NCBI GenBank assembly: GCA_964441235.1 | Contig: CAYTUQ010000002.1 | Coordinates: 96,110 to 160,109, forward strand | Direction of reading: 5' to 3' | DNA: 64,000 nt | Source of the DNA: an uncultured bacterium | GTDB taxonomy: Bacteria > Fidelibacterota > UBA2242 | Part shown: positions 39,386 through 49,023 of the stretch, piece after piece | How positions within the stretch are numbered: the stretch's first letter is position 1 | Layout of the letters: each line of letters opens with the position of its first letter | The notes under the pieces: model-generated | Told to the model about the DNA's origin: nothing | Seen by the model: only the letters and a program-made list of their open reading frames with translations | The model's database searches: none | Translations under genes and position numbers: made by a program

Positions 39386-40579
39386 ATGACTCTCATCTGG
39401 ATAAGTTTTTTAGCCGCTTTAATTTTAATGATAACAATTGCCCGTAAGAATCTATGGCTGGGGTTAGCCGCAGGTGCGCTAATCCTTGGTTTACTGAATC
39501 TTCCAATAATCGAAGTTATCAAAATATTTATAAGCACAATTACTGATACTTCAATTTTATTACTGGCTGTTTCTGTTGGAATTATTCCTCTTATAGGCGG
39601 GACATTGGAAATCTCCGGTTTGATGAATGATCTAATCAAATCCCTTAGAATGAAGAGCAGAACATTTCTTATGCTTGCGCCTGCATTTATGGGAATGCTT
39701 CCTATGCCGGGTGGTGCTCTTCTCTCTGCTCCGATAATTTCTAAAGTTGGAAATCACGTCTCTAATAATGACTATACAGCAATCAATGTATGGTTCAGAC
39801 ATGTTCTGATACTAATCTATCCTCTTGGCGCACTTTTAGCAACAACCAAGATGGCAAATTTAAACCTCTACTATGAAATGCTTTTACTTATTCCCGGTTT
39901 CATTTTGCTTGCTGTGTTGGGAAATATCTTTCTTTTAAAATCTGTAGATGCCAATCATAAACTCGAAGGGACTTCTAACTTAAAAAAATTATTGATACCT
40001 GTTCTGGTAATTATTTCTGCTCCGGTTATACATATTACATTAATGTCATCATTTAAAAACATTCTTCCGGAAATACCTTTACTAATTGGGGTAGCTTTCA
40101 GTCTATTTCTCGCTTATTACTTTGGCAAACTTCCAATAAAAAGTTTCAAACAACTATCAATTAAAATGAAACCATGGAAATTCTTCATGATAATAATAGC
40201 AATGTTTATCTTCCTCAACATGTTTAAAGCATCAAATGTGTCTGCCGCTATATCAGTGATAGTATTCTCAAAGACATTCCTGATAGTCGGGATCGGTGTT
40301 TTTCTCGGCTTTGTAACAGGCAGGGTTCAGGTACCTGTATCTATTTTATTACCGATTTTCTACTCCAAATTCGGGATTGAAAGCATGACCCCTATCGTAT
40401 TTGCTATAATGTTCTTTGCTGTTTTTATGGGCTATGTTGTTTCACCTGTTCATCCATGTGTATCAGTCACTTTAGAATATTTCCACACGGAATTAAAAGA
40501 TTTCTATAAGAAATTATCTATCCCAACGTTGATCTCAATTGTGGTCGTTACTTTAATCTCGATATTTCTCATAGGTTAA
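39386..40579 (+). CDS. Polytopic membrane permease of uncertain family (possibly DUF401-like)
   Basis: 397 aa with ~10-12 hydrophobic segments. The family name is a recollection, not verified. Confidence 0.6.
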   Translation: MTLIWISFLAALILMITIARKNLWLGLAAGALILGLLNLPIIEVIKIFISTITDTSILLLAVSVGIIPLIGGTLEISGLMNDLIKSLRMKSRTFLMLAPAFMGMLPMPGGALLSAPIISKVGNHVSNNDYTAINVWFRHVLILIYPLGALLATTKMANLNLYYEMLLLIPGFILLAVLGNIFLLKSVDANHKLEGTSNLKKLLIPVLVIISAPVIHITLMSSFKNILPEIPLLIGVAFSLFLAYYFGKLPIKSFKQLSIKMKPWKFFMIIIAMFIFLNMFKASNVSAAISVIVFSKTFLIVGIGVFLGFVTGRVQVPVSILLPIFYSKFGIESMTPIVFAIMFFAVFMGYVVSPVHPCVSVTLEYFHTELKDFYKKLSIPTLISIVVVTLISIFLIG

Positions 40580-40979
40580 AAAACCCCTCTGAAAACCAAT
40601 ATATACTTTTTACAATTTCCCATGAAAAAATTCAAATACATTATTGAGTTCACTTATCCCAGGGGGCTCTCTGATGAGAAAAAACAGGAAACCGCCAATG
40701 CTCCTCCCAACGGGATCCCTACGGGGAAAAGAGTCTATGGAAACTCCAATCCCAAAGGGATCTCTATGAGATAAGCTCTAATTGTTTTTGTCGAGGACAT
40801 CCGCCAGTTGGCGGATATTGAGCTTACAGGTATTATTTTTACATTTTTTGACTGCCCGTCCCGATTCATCGGAAGCAGGCGAGTACATTTCGTGTCTTTC
40901 TGTAGTAGACTAATTATTAATTTGACTATTCACTACATTATTTATTAGAATTGGTAGTGTTTCGATTGATTCTACCATT

Positions 40980-43436
40980 ATGAAAAAACTTCTAATTATT
41001 TTAATCATTATAAATACCGGATTGTACGCACAATCAACTCCATCCATTTCAGGTTTTGTCCGTGAAGATGCAACAGGCGAGCCGCTCTCTTATGTAAATG
41101 TATTTCTAAAAGGGACATATTGGGGCACAGCCACAAAACAAGATGGCTATTATGTCATCCCATCAGTTCCAGCGGGGAAATATGATTTGATGGTCTCAAT
41201 TATTGGCTATCAAGATACAACACGATCAATTATCATAGAAACAGGGAAAAATCTAAGGGTTGATTTTCGGCTAAAGGTTTCACCTATCATCGGAGAAGCA
41301 GTAACTGTTACGGCAGAACGAATGAAGTTTAAAGAAAAAATGGAATTGAGTACCATCAATCTCACAATGCGGGAAATCAAAGTTGCACCCGGTTTCATTG
41401 AGGCAGACGTTTTTCGTGCGATACAGCTGCTGCCGGGTGTTCAATCACTGAATGATTTTTCCAGCGCTTTATACGTTCGCGGAAGCACTCCTGACCAAAA
41501 CCTGATAATGCTGGATGGAATAACTGTCTATAACCCGTTTCATTTAGGCGGTGTATTTTCTACGTTTAACACAGACGCAATAAAAGAAGCAGAATTCTCT
41601 GCAGGTGGATTCTCTGCTAGATATGGTGGGCGTATGGGATCAATTCTCAATATTATCAATAGAGAGGGAAATACGGAAGAATATACAGGCAAGGCGAATA
41701 TTTCTATCATTTCCAGCAAAGCTCTTATCGAGGGACCCATTCCGAAGTGGACAAAATTAAAAGGTTCATGGATGCTGGCAGGACGGAGGACATATTTTGA
41801 TAAGGTCATTGATGGAATTATATATTTACGTAAAAAAATTGCCAATAAATATGATCCCTATTTTCCTGGATTTCCTTATTACTTTTATGACCTGGAAGGT
41901 AAAATTAATCTTGATATAACTGTGAACCATAAATTGACTTTGAGTTCCTTTTATGGAGATGATGTACTTTATTTTGATTTTGAAGATAAATATTCATACG
42001 ATGACCCTCAGGAAAGTTATTATGATGAAAATAAAGATGAAGGAGCGCTTGACTGGCGATGGGGGAATCGTACAAATAGTTTGACATGGCGCTGGATAGT
42101 TTCACCAAAACTAATTGTTAAAACCTTTCTTGCGGAAAGCCGTTTCCGCTTCTGGATTGATATGGACGATAAAAGTGAGGGAATGTATATCGAGAACGGG
42201 GATACATCTAAATGGAGAGATGAATATAATTTCGATGTGTTTGATATTGTTAAAGACAAAACCATTGAGACGGAGATAATGTGGATTCCTAATGACAAAC
42301 ATACAATTACTTCCGGTTTGCAGCATAAGCAGTTGGATTTTAACCTGGGTATGACTTTTAAGTGGGGAGAGCTGGAGGAAGAGAAATTTGTCACTCATAA
42401 GGATACAGCCCTCTGGATGCTCGATAAACCATTTGAGCAATCACTTTATTTCCAGGATAAATGGCATATCAATCCGCTCTTTTCGTCTCAATTGGGATTA
42501 AGGATGAGCCGCTATAGTCTTCACGATAAAATATATTTTGAGCCAAGGATTGGGCTTAAATACCTGCTGCAGGACAATCTTGCGTTAAAATTGTCCTGGG
42601 GTAAATATCACCAGTTCCTGACAACTGCAAACCCGCAGGACGAAAATTTCAGATTTATTGATATCTGGCTGGCAATACCGAAAGATAGACCGGCAAGCAG
42701 GGCATATCATACAATTCTTGGGATAGAATATCTTACCCGTCAGGATGTTCTTTTTAGATTGGAAACTTACTATAAGGATTTTGGTAACTTAATTACATTG
42801 AAGCAGGGTGACATGTTCGCAGAAGATGAAGGTGAAATACGTTTTGATCCTTTCAACGAATTCTGGGATACTGACGCCTATGCTTACGGCTTGGAGTTTC
42901 TTGCGAAAAAAACAACCGGTAAAGTTCAGGGATGGATTGGTTACACCTTCGCAGTTACTAAAAGAAAAACAGAAGTTCAGCCCTGGTACTTTCCAAAATA
43001 TGACCGCACTCATACTGTCAACATTGTCGGTGATTGGCAGTGGACAAAGCGAATACATTTAAGTTCCGCTGTTTCATATTCTACCGGTAATCCATATACC
43101 CCGATTTTGGGGAGATATGAGAAATGGGAGGAAGAGTATTGGGGCGGCATGTCTTCCTGGTGGTTAAACAACAAATATTTAGTGGGTAAAAAGGACAGTG
43201 TAAGATACCCATCTTATTTCCGGTGGGATGTAAGCTTAATCCATCGGAAACCTATAAAGTTTGGCTACAGGGAGTGGTATTTACAAATCATAAACCTAAC
43301 GAATCATATGAACACGTTTATGTACTTTTATGATGAAAAATACAATTATGAAACAGATCAAACGGAAGGTGTAAGGCGTTTTGGCGTCCCAATGTTTCCA
43401 TTTATTCCAACACTTGGAATAAGGTTTGAGTTTTGA
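40980..43436 (+). CDS. TonB-dependent receptor with N-terminal carboxypeptidase-regulatory-like domain
   Basis: 818 aa. Signal peptide, CarbopepD_reg-like SGFVREDATGEPLSYVNVFLKG..GYY, plug domain (..DGITVYNP..), beta-barrel ending ..GIRFEF. Confidence 0.92.
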   Translation: MKKLLIILIIINTGLYAQSTPSISGFVREDATGEPLSYVNVFLKGTYWGTATKQDGYYVIPSVPAGKYDLMVSIIGYQDTTRSIIIETGKNLRVDFRLKVSPIIGEAVTVTAERMKFKEKMELSTINLTMREIKVAPGFIEADVFRAIQLLPGVQSLNDFSSALYVRGSTPDQNLIMLDGITVYNPFHLGGVFSTFNTDAIKEAEFSAGGFSARYGGRMGSILNIINREGNTEEYTGKANISIISSKALIEGPIPKWTKLKGSWMLAGRRTYFDKVIDGIIYLRKKIANKYDPYFPGFPYYFYDLEGKINLDITVNHKLTLSSFYGDDVLYFDFEDKYSYDDPQESYYDENKDEGALDWRWGNRTNSLTWRWIVSPKLIVKTFLAESRFRFWIDMDDKSEGMYIENGDTSKWRDEYNFDVFDIVKDKTIETEIMWIPNDKHTITSGLQHKQLDFNLGMTFKWGELEEEKFVTHKDTALWMLDKPFEQSLYFQDKWHINPLFSSQLGLRMSRYSLHDKIYFEPRIGLKYLLQDNLALKLSWGKYHQFLTTANPQDENFRFIDIWLAIPKDRPASRAYHTILGIEYLTRQDVLFRLETYYKDFGNLITLKQGDMFAEDEGEIRFDPFNEFWDTDAYAYGLEFLAKKTTGKVQGWIGYTFAVTKRKTEVQPWYFPKYDRTHTVNIVGDWQWTKRIHLSSAVSYSTGNPYTPILGRYEKWEEEYWGGMSSWWLNNKYLVGKKDSVRYPSYFRWDVSLIHRKPIKFGYREWYLQIINLTNHMNTFMYFYDEKYNYETDQTEGVRRFGVPMFPFIPTLGIRFEF

Positions 43437-43528
43437 GAAGAGAGAATAGACCATGAATGACGCCTGTCTGTGTCCGTAGGCTGCCGTACAGGCAGGCGAA
43501 TTATCGCAAATATAAATAGACAGAATCA

Positions 43529-44449
43529 ATGATTTCTAAAAAAACATTCAATCTATATCCAAACCTGCTCATTATTATCTCCATTCTGTCTTTAGCAACT
43601 TGCGGGAAATGGGGATGGGAGGATGTTACATCAGACCATGAGCCAGTTTTTAATGTATTTGCTCTTATATCACTTGATACGACAATACAAAGTTTCGTAC
43701 GTGTACATCAGACACTTGACCTACAGAGCCCCGAAGAAGAGATTATCTGCAAAGACACAATCTGGTATGGAGATGGTCCTTATGACTTTAGGTTGCGTGA
43801 TTTATGGGAATCACAATATCTTGTGAAAGATGCTACTGTAACAATTTCCGATGGAATAAAAGATTATGTCTTTTCTTATGTTAATTTCGAACATGATTAT
43901 TATTTGGATGAGGAAACGATATACTTAGATACGCTTGGCCAATTCCATCCCGAACCCAATACTAAATATTTTTTAAATGTCTCAACGCCTGATGGTAAAA
44001 AATTAACAGGTGAAGTGACTACTCCACCTATTCCGGTTATATACAGTGAACAGATTCCAGATACCGTATATATCCGAAAAACTTTTACCGTTACCTGGAA
44101 GCCATTAGAAACAGTTCACTCATTAATTCGAACAAGTTCTATTCTATACTGGATATGTGGTTCTGAACAGCGAGATGTCATGGAGCCTGGAGATTCGAGC
44201 TGGACATCATCAATTGTAGATTGTCATTATTATGAAAATGAAAGTAGTGAGCCCGATAGTTTAATGATTGAAATGCGCACACTGGATGATAATTATTATG
44301 AGTACTTTTTAAAACATGCCTGGGAGGACGAGTTTGTTTCCTTTCTTCTTGGAGGCGGCGATGCAGGTTTGACAATCGGAATAGAGGGCGGATATGGCGT
44401 CTTTGGGGCAATTGCTGCCGATAGGGTTTACAGGGTGATAGTTCCATAA
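43529..44449 (+). CDS. DUF4249-family lipoprotein (usual partner of this TonB-dependent receptor type)
   Basis: 306 aa. Lipobox-like LSLATCG. C-terminal ..IEGGYGVFGAIAADRV... Sits immediately downstream of the receptor. Confidence 0.7.
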   Translation: MISKKTFNLYPNLLIIISILSLATCGKWGWEDVTSDHEPVFNVFALISLDTTIQSFVRVHQTLDLQSPEEEIICKDTIWYGDGPYDFRLRDLWESQYLVKDATVTISDGIKDYVFSYVNFEHDYYLDEETIYLDTLGQFHPEPNTKYFLNVSTPDGKKLTGEVTTPPIPVIYSEQIPDTVYIRKTFTVTWKPLETVHSLIRTSSILYWICGSEQRDVMEPGDSSWTSSIVDCHYYENESSEPDSLMIEMRTLDDNYYEYFLKHAWEDEFVSFLLGGGDAGLTIGIEGGYGVFGAIAADRVYRVIVP

Positions 44450-44471
44450 GAAGGTTGTTAAGATTACTATG
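44354..44471 (+). repeat. Direct repeat, copy 1 (functional 3' end of the DUF4249 gene plus 22 nt)
   Basis: Homologous to 45651..45768: ..G[AT]TGCAGGTTTGACAATCGG..TAGAGG.CGGATATGGCGTCTT..GGGGCAATTGCTGCC.AT.GGGTTTA.AGGG...AGT...ATAA.AAGGTTGTTAAG.. Confidence 0.85.
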
Positions 44472-44632
44472 GTATTAGGTTATTGTGCTAAAGGCTATTG
44501 GAGAAAGAAATAAGTAATTATGAATTATAAATTTTGAATGATGAATAGCGAATTTTTAAGTAGTAACCTTAAAACAAAATGGATGGTTCTGAACATAATG
44601 TTGCATAAGTATTTTAGAAGAACAGGAGAAGT

Positions 44633-45643
44633 GTGATGAGTAAAGCTCTATATCTAATTGCATTTATAGTTTCTATACCGGTTCTGTTCTCAAGTTGTTC
44701 TGAGTTTGAGGGTGATGAATATGAGACAAGCAGTATATATATCATGAATGTTGATGGAAGTGATGAAGTCAGATTAACAGATAATAAGGAAGATGATTAT
44801 CACCCGGAATTTTCACCCGATGGTTCAAGAATCCTTTTTCACTCTTATAGAGATCGTGAAGGGTTATTCATAATGAATACAGATGGAAGTGATTTATCTT
44901 TGCTTATTGCAGGTGGATTCTATGATTTTGGGTTTTCACCTGATGGTTCAAAAATCATATTTTCATTCTATTATGGAATCTGTGTTTTAAATGTGGATGG
45001 AAGTGGGTGTGATACACTAACGCTTAACGAAACATATTGTGCTTATCCTCGATTCTCGCCTGATGGTAGTAAGATAATTTTTTCTGTATTCAGAGAAGAC
45101 TCAGTAATTGGTGGTGTGATTACTCGTTATATTATGGAAAGTGACGGAAGCAATATTATTAAATTGTCTGAAGACAAAGGATGGGGGTGGTTTTTTCAAG
45201 AATTCTCTCCTGACGGATCAAAAATTATTTATATTACTGAATATGAAGGCATACAATCTATCTGCATTATAAATATAGATGGAAGTGGTAAGACAAAATT
45301 GACAAACACTTACAGTACTCAGAGTGTAAAATTCTCACCCGACGGATCAAAACTGCTTTTTGAAGCATATAGCGGTGATAACTATGAAATCTTTATCATG
45401 AATGCTGACGGAACAGATAAAACCAAGCTTACTGATGATCCAGGAGATGATAAGTCTCCTCAGTTCTCACCTGATGGTTCAAAAATTGTATTCGTTTCTG
45501 ATCGAGATGGTAATAATGAAATTTATATTATGAACGCAGATGGGAGTGACCAAACAAATCTGACATGTAATACCAGATGGGATGATGCCCCGCAATTTTC
45601 GCCTGATGGAAAAAAGATCATGTTTCAGTCTGGTAGCGAATAA
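44633..45643 (+). CDS. TolB-like PD40/WD40-like beta-propeller repeat lipoprotein
   Basis: 336 aa. Lipobox LFSSCS. About seven repeats of [FY]SPDGSKI[IL]F...DG....LT. Confidence 0.85.
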   Translation: MMSKALYLIAFIVSIPVLFSSCSEFEGDEYETSSIYIMNVDGSDEVRLTDNKEDDYHPEFSPDGSRILFHSYRDREGLFIMNTDGSDLSLLIAGGFYDFGFSPDGSKIIFSFYYGICVLNVDGSGCDTLTLNETYCAYPRFSPDGSKIIFSVFREDSVIGGVITRYIMESDGSNIIKLSEDKGWGWFFQEFSPDGSKIIYITEYEGIQSICIINIDGSGKTKLTNTYSTQSVKFSPDGSKLLFEAYSGDNYEIFIMNADGTDKTKLTDDPGDDKSPQFSPDGSKIVFVSDRDGNNEIYIMNADGSDQTNLTCNTRWDDAPQFSPDGKKIMFQSGSE

Positions 45644-45650
45644 ACTAAAT

Positions 45651-45768
45651 GTGGTGATTCAGGTTTGACAATCGGTGTAGAGGACGGATATGGCGTCTTC
45701 AGGGGCAATTGCTGCCAATCGGGTTTAAAGGGCAGTAGTGACATAACAAGGTTGTTAAGTGACTATGT
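45651..45768 (+). repeat. Direct repeat, copy 2 (decayed, frame-broken relic of the DUF4249 3' end)
   Basis: Same alignment as 44354..44471. It has a 1-nt indel (CTTTGGGG vs CTTCAGGGG) and no upstream ORF. It accounts for the first codons of track ORF 45665..45973. Confidence 0.8.
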
Positions 45769-45769
45769 T

Positions 45770-45972
45770 CAGAACTCAGTAAAAACACAAATAAAGTGGA
45801 AAACAATCGCAAATAAAATGCTCGAAGCTGTCATTCTGAACGAGGTACGAGTGAAGAATCTTTATTGGTATTTCGTCAGAGATTCTTCTTCGCTTCGCTT
45901 CATCAGAATGACATTGATAGTAATTTTTATTTGCGATTGTTTTTTAAGATTCATCAAATTTACTGAGTTCTG
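45770..45972. repeat. ~200-bp imperfect palindrome (MITE-like foldback element)
   Basis: CAGAACTCAGTAAA..CAATCGCAAATAAAA..GTCATTCTGA..GAAGAATCT | AGATTCTTC..TCAGAATGAC..TTTTATTTGCGATTG..TTTACTGAGTTCTG. Confidence 0.8.
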
Positions 45973-46346
45973 ATGTTATCTTCAAGCATGAAAGCAAATA
46001 GAATAGATTGAATATCGAACAAGCCTGCCTGCCGTAAGGCATGAGGGCAGAAAATGCCCGAGGCAAAGGATTTGAAGTAAAATTAATCCGTAAGCTGGCG
46101 GATTCAAAAAATATTCGTTCCTACCGAAAGTATCTCTTCGAGACAAACGTCCAGATATTTTCGGGAGAACGAGCAGAAACTCACCCTGTAACTCTTGTTT
46201 CCAAACTCTTTGTATAAAGGTAGATTGTTGCCAACAGATGAAGAGGGAAATCCTCTGGATGGGGTTATAACGTTTTCTTACAGTGATTTCTGATAGACAG
46301 CGCCGGGTTCATGTATTTAATAAAAGATTCGTTAGGGCTTTTTTAT

Positions 46347-46764
46347 TCAAGATGATTTGAGAATTCCAGTTAATTCTTCTGGGTCGTAGGTTCTTATTAA
46401 AGCATGTTTAAAATCTTTAATGTTTCTGGTCGCAATTCCATCAATATGACTCAGATTCGCTGACTCATGTAATACTGCATCTTCAAAATCACTAATTTTA
46501 TGACTGGACGCAGATTTAAATATGGATTCATTTAATTCGGTCAATTCAAAAATATTTATCATGTTTTTAATTAGTTTCTTTGCTTCCCCCTGATCCTTTT
46601 ACTTTGGTAACTAAATAAGCAATAGTTGTTATAGTTGTTGGACAAACATATCCCTCAATATTTCCGCGCTCAACTTCTGATATTAGATAAGTAGCAGCAT
46701 TATGATATGGTTTACGAAGAAGTAACAAATCCAATATTACATTCGTATCAAATAGAATTTTCAT
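46347..46764 (-). pseudogene. vapC: PIN-domain (VapC-like) toxin split by a frameshift in a G5 run (C5 on + strand, 46586..46590)
   Basis: Track ORFs 46567..46764 (MKILFDTNVILD..) and 46347..46562 (..SDFEDAVLHE..IATRNIKDF..) are the two halves of one PIN domain. Removing one G gives a continuous ..KVKGSGEAKKLIKNMINIFEL.. ~137-aa protein. Confidence 0.8.
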
Positions 46765-47003
46765 AAGTACTTGCCTTCAAGGTATTTCTTATAATCCGTT
46801 TCATCAATATTAGAATCTGCGAGAGCACCATATAAAGATTTTACATTTGGTGGTAATTCTATATCTTCAACAAGTTCTTTTTTGGTAAGTATCCTAAAGT
46901 AATCTGCAACCATTTTGGAAAGCGATTTACCCTTTTTATCAGCAACAGATTTTGCCAGGTGTATCAATTCATCTTCCATTCTCAAAGTCAATTTCGTCTG
47001 CAT
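46761..47003 (-). CDS. Antitoxin partner of the PIN toxin (RHH/DUF6364-like)
   Basis: 80 aa. MQTKLTLRMEDELIHLAKSVADKKGKSLSKMVADYF has a ribbon-helix-helix-like N-terminus. 4-nt overlap with the PIN gene. Confidence 0.7.
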   Translation of the reverse strand: MQTKLTLRMEDELIHLAKSVADKKGKSLSKMVADYFRILTKKELVEDIELPPNVKSLYGALADSNIDETDYKKYLEGKYL

Positions 47004-47068
47004 ATTATCTCCTTGTACGTCATACTATCATATATTAATACGTCATATAGATTTATGCAACAACTTTT

Positions 47069-47470
47069 TTATTGTTCCGCAATAACTTCTTTATATGCCA
47101 TAATATTGTCAATTGCATTTTTTAGATTTTTTGAAAAAGACATGTTTTTACCGGAAATTTCCCTGAGTAAAGCTCTCACGGTTTCACGTTTGCTTTTTAA
47201 TTCGTAAGAACAATAATGCTTTTCGACGCTGATTCCTCTTCCTTTTGCATAAGATAAAATATGTTTTTTGGAAATGGAAACCTGAGTAATATCTATATGA
47301 ACAGCGTGAAGCTAAATAGAATCATCAATTGAAAGCTGATATTCATGAAGAAGTTTCGCCATCGTAAGACTGTCGCTTCCACCGGAGACGGCTATAAGAA
47401 TTTTATCGTTAGGTTTAATAAGATTGAATTTCGGATTAAGTTTTATGAATTGCGGTATTAATGAGGACAT
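47069..47470 (-). pseudogene. PP-loop ATPase (TtcA/TilS-like) remnant with an in-frame TAG (47312..47314) and an internal deletion
   Basis: Own translation: MSSLIPQFIKLNPKFNLIKPNDKILIAVSGGSDSLTMAKLLHEYQLSIDDSI*LHAVHIDITQ...RETVRALLREISGKN...AEQ*. The SGGxDS PP-loop is present, but there are only ~133 codons against the 250-450 expected. Confidence 0.6.
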
Positions 47471-47519
47471 TTTTAAATATGGTCAATATTTACCAATGAA
47501 GATATGCTGGGAATAAGGT

Positions 47520-48623
47520 TTATCCTGCCGCTAATTTAAAAGTAATCACATCGCCATCGCGAACTGGATAGGATTTTCCCTCAATATGTACAAAACCCTG
47601 TTCTCTCATCAGCGTCTCTGACTTGATTTTTTCTACGTCATTCCAATGACGAACTTCGGCTTTTATGAATCGCTCTTCGAAACCTGTATGAATGACCGAA
47701 GCTGCTTTATTTGCGGGTGTTCCAGCAGGAACTGTCCATGCCTGGCATATATTAGATTCAACAGTGAAAAAAGTAATTAGCCTTAGAAGTGTATAACCGG
47801 CGGTGATTAATTTATTTAAACCTGCCTCCTGAATGTGCCATTCCTTCATAAGTAGGTCTCGCTCGTCAGATTCCAACTCAGTCAATTCCAGTTCAAGATT
47901 TGCAGAAAGTGTTAGGAACAGGTTTCCTGATTCCATGGCAAGTTTCTCAAAATTTTGCGTTGCATCGGATTTCTTACCTAATGTGGCTTCATCCTCTGAG
48001 ATATTTCCAACAATTAGAACTGGTTTATTTGATAGAAGTGATAATTCTTTTATAAAATATTCTTCTTCAGGATGAGCATGATAACACTTTGCTGACTTCC
48101 CTCTTTGTAGAAGTTCCTTGATTTCTTCTAAAATTGTGAGCTGCTTTTTGAATTTCTCTTCGCCAGCTTTTGCATGCTTAGTGATTTTATGTGTGCGATT
48201 TTCAATAACTTCAAGGTCTTTCAATAAAATTTCTGTTTCGACAATTTCAAAATCCCTTTTGGGGTCTAATGTATCGCTGATGTGTGCAACATTAGGATTA
48301 TTGAAACATCGAACAAGGTGAACAATAGCGTCAACTGCTTGAATGTAACTTAGGAATTGGTTGCCCAGCCCTTCACCGTTTGAAGCTCCTTTTACCAATC
48401 CTGCAATGTCAACAAATTTTAGAGTTGTGGGTATTATCTTTTCCGGTTTGTAGATTTTAGAAAGAATATCAAGCCGTTTGTCAGGCACCTCAACAATCCC
48501 AACATGTGGATCAATTGTGCAAAAGGGGTAACTTTCCATCGGAACTTGAGCATGTGTCAGTGCATTAAAAAGTGTTGATTTACCGACATTAGGCAGTCCT
48601 ACAATTCCACATTTGAATCCCAT
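47520..48623 (-). CDS. ychF: Ribosome-binding ATPase YchF
   Basis: 367 aa. [18 protein letters not shown], ..[10 protein letters not shown].., C-terminal TGS-like ..[14 protein letters not shown].. Confidence 0.95.
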   Translation of the reverse strand: MGFKCGIVGLPNVGKSTLFNALTHAQVPMESYPFCTIDPHVGIVEVPDKRLDILSKIYKPEKIIPTTLKFVDIAGLVKGASNGEGLGNQFLSYIQAVDAIVHLVRCFNNPNVAHISDTLDPKRDFEIVETEILLKDLEVIENRTHKITKHAKAGEEKFKKQLTILEEIKELLQRGKSAKCYHAHPEEEYFIKELSLLSNKPVLIVGNISEDEATLGKKSDATQNFEKLAMESGNLFLTLSANLELELTELESDERDLLMKEWHIQEAGLNKLITAGYTLLRLITFFTVESNICQAWTVPAGTPANKAASVIHTGFEERFIKAEVRHWNDVEKIKSETLMREQGFVHIEGKSYPVRDGDVITFKLAAG

Positions 48624-48796
48624 AGTTTTGCAAGCACCTATTTTTTGTTTTTAAATTGACATAATGATTCTATCGGAATATAAAAAAAAATTCTCAATTG
48701 ATACAAAGTTTATTTTAATTGGTTTTATTTATACTTGTTCAACTATTGTAAAATATTTATATTTGCATCTGCTTGAGTAATCGAGCGATTGACAAA

Positions 48797-48911
48797 GGAG
48801 CCGTAGTTTCCCGACTGGTCGTGATTAGAGCACTGGCTTGTCCGGCGTAGCGTAGCGAGGACGGATCTGCCTGCCGGAAGTTGTCCCGATGGATATCGGG
48901 ATCGGCTCTGG
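48797..48911 (+). pseudogene. Degenerate tRNA-Asp-like unit carrying hairpin-module insertions in the D-loop, anticodon loop and T-arm
   Basis: GGAGCCGTAGTT[TCCCGACTGGTCGTGA]TTAGAGCACTGGCTTGTC[C..28 nt..]CTGCCGGAAGTTG[TCCCGATGGATATCGGGA]TCGGCTCTGG is collinear with the true tRNA GGAGCTGTAGTT..TTAGAGCACCGGCCTGTCACGCCGGAAGTTGCGGGTTCGAATCCCGTCGGCTCCG. Confidence 0.6.
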
Positions 48912-48949
48912 ATACAAGCGATATTTTTAAAAAGGAATTAAAATTATTT

Positions 48950-49023
48950 GGAGCTGTAGTTCAATTGGTTAGAGCACCGGCCTGTCACGCCGGAAGTTGC
49001 GGGTTCGAATCCCGTCGGCTCCG
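48950..49023 (+). tRNA. tRNA-Asp (anticodon GTC)
   Basis: Manual cloverleaf. Acceptor GGAGCTG/CGGCTCC, D-stem GTTC/GAGC, anticodon stem CCGGC/GCCGG with loop CTGTCAC, T-arm GCGGG-TTCGAAT-CCCGT, discriminator G. 74 nt, no encoded CCA. Confidence 0.95.

Noticed and set aside
39349-39639. Minus-strand ORF 39349..39639.
   Set aside because: It is antisense to the 5' end of the 397-aa permease gene, and its hydrophobic translation mirrors the sense strand.
40580-40979. Riboswitch (e.g. cobalamin) upstream of the TonB-dependent receptor.
   Set aside because: There is no B12-box-like GCCACTG or other riboswitch core that I can recognise. The region is composed of the same repeat modules found elsewhere.
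45665-45973. Track ORF 45665..45973 (MTIGVEDGYGVF...).
   Set aside because: Its first codons are the frame-broken relic of the DUF4249 3' end, and the remainder reads through the 200-bp palindrome. It is not a gene.
46190-46292. Short open frame ending ..YKGRLLPTDEEGNPLDGVITFSYSDF*, faintly like a carboxypeptidase-regulatory-domain fragment.
   Set aside because: It is only ~33 codons after a stop with no start codon. The similarity is too weak to call even a pseudogene.
48735-48765. FCB-type promoter (TTG ... TATATTTG) upstream of the tRNA-Asp cluster.
   Set aside because: It is plausible, but such AT-rich words are frequent here by chance. I did not list it as a feature without transcription start site data.
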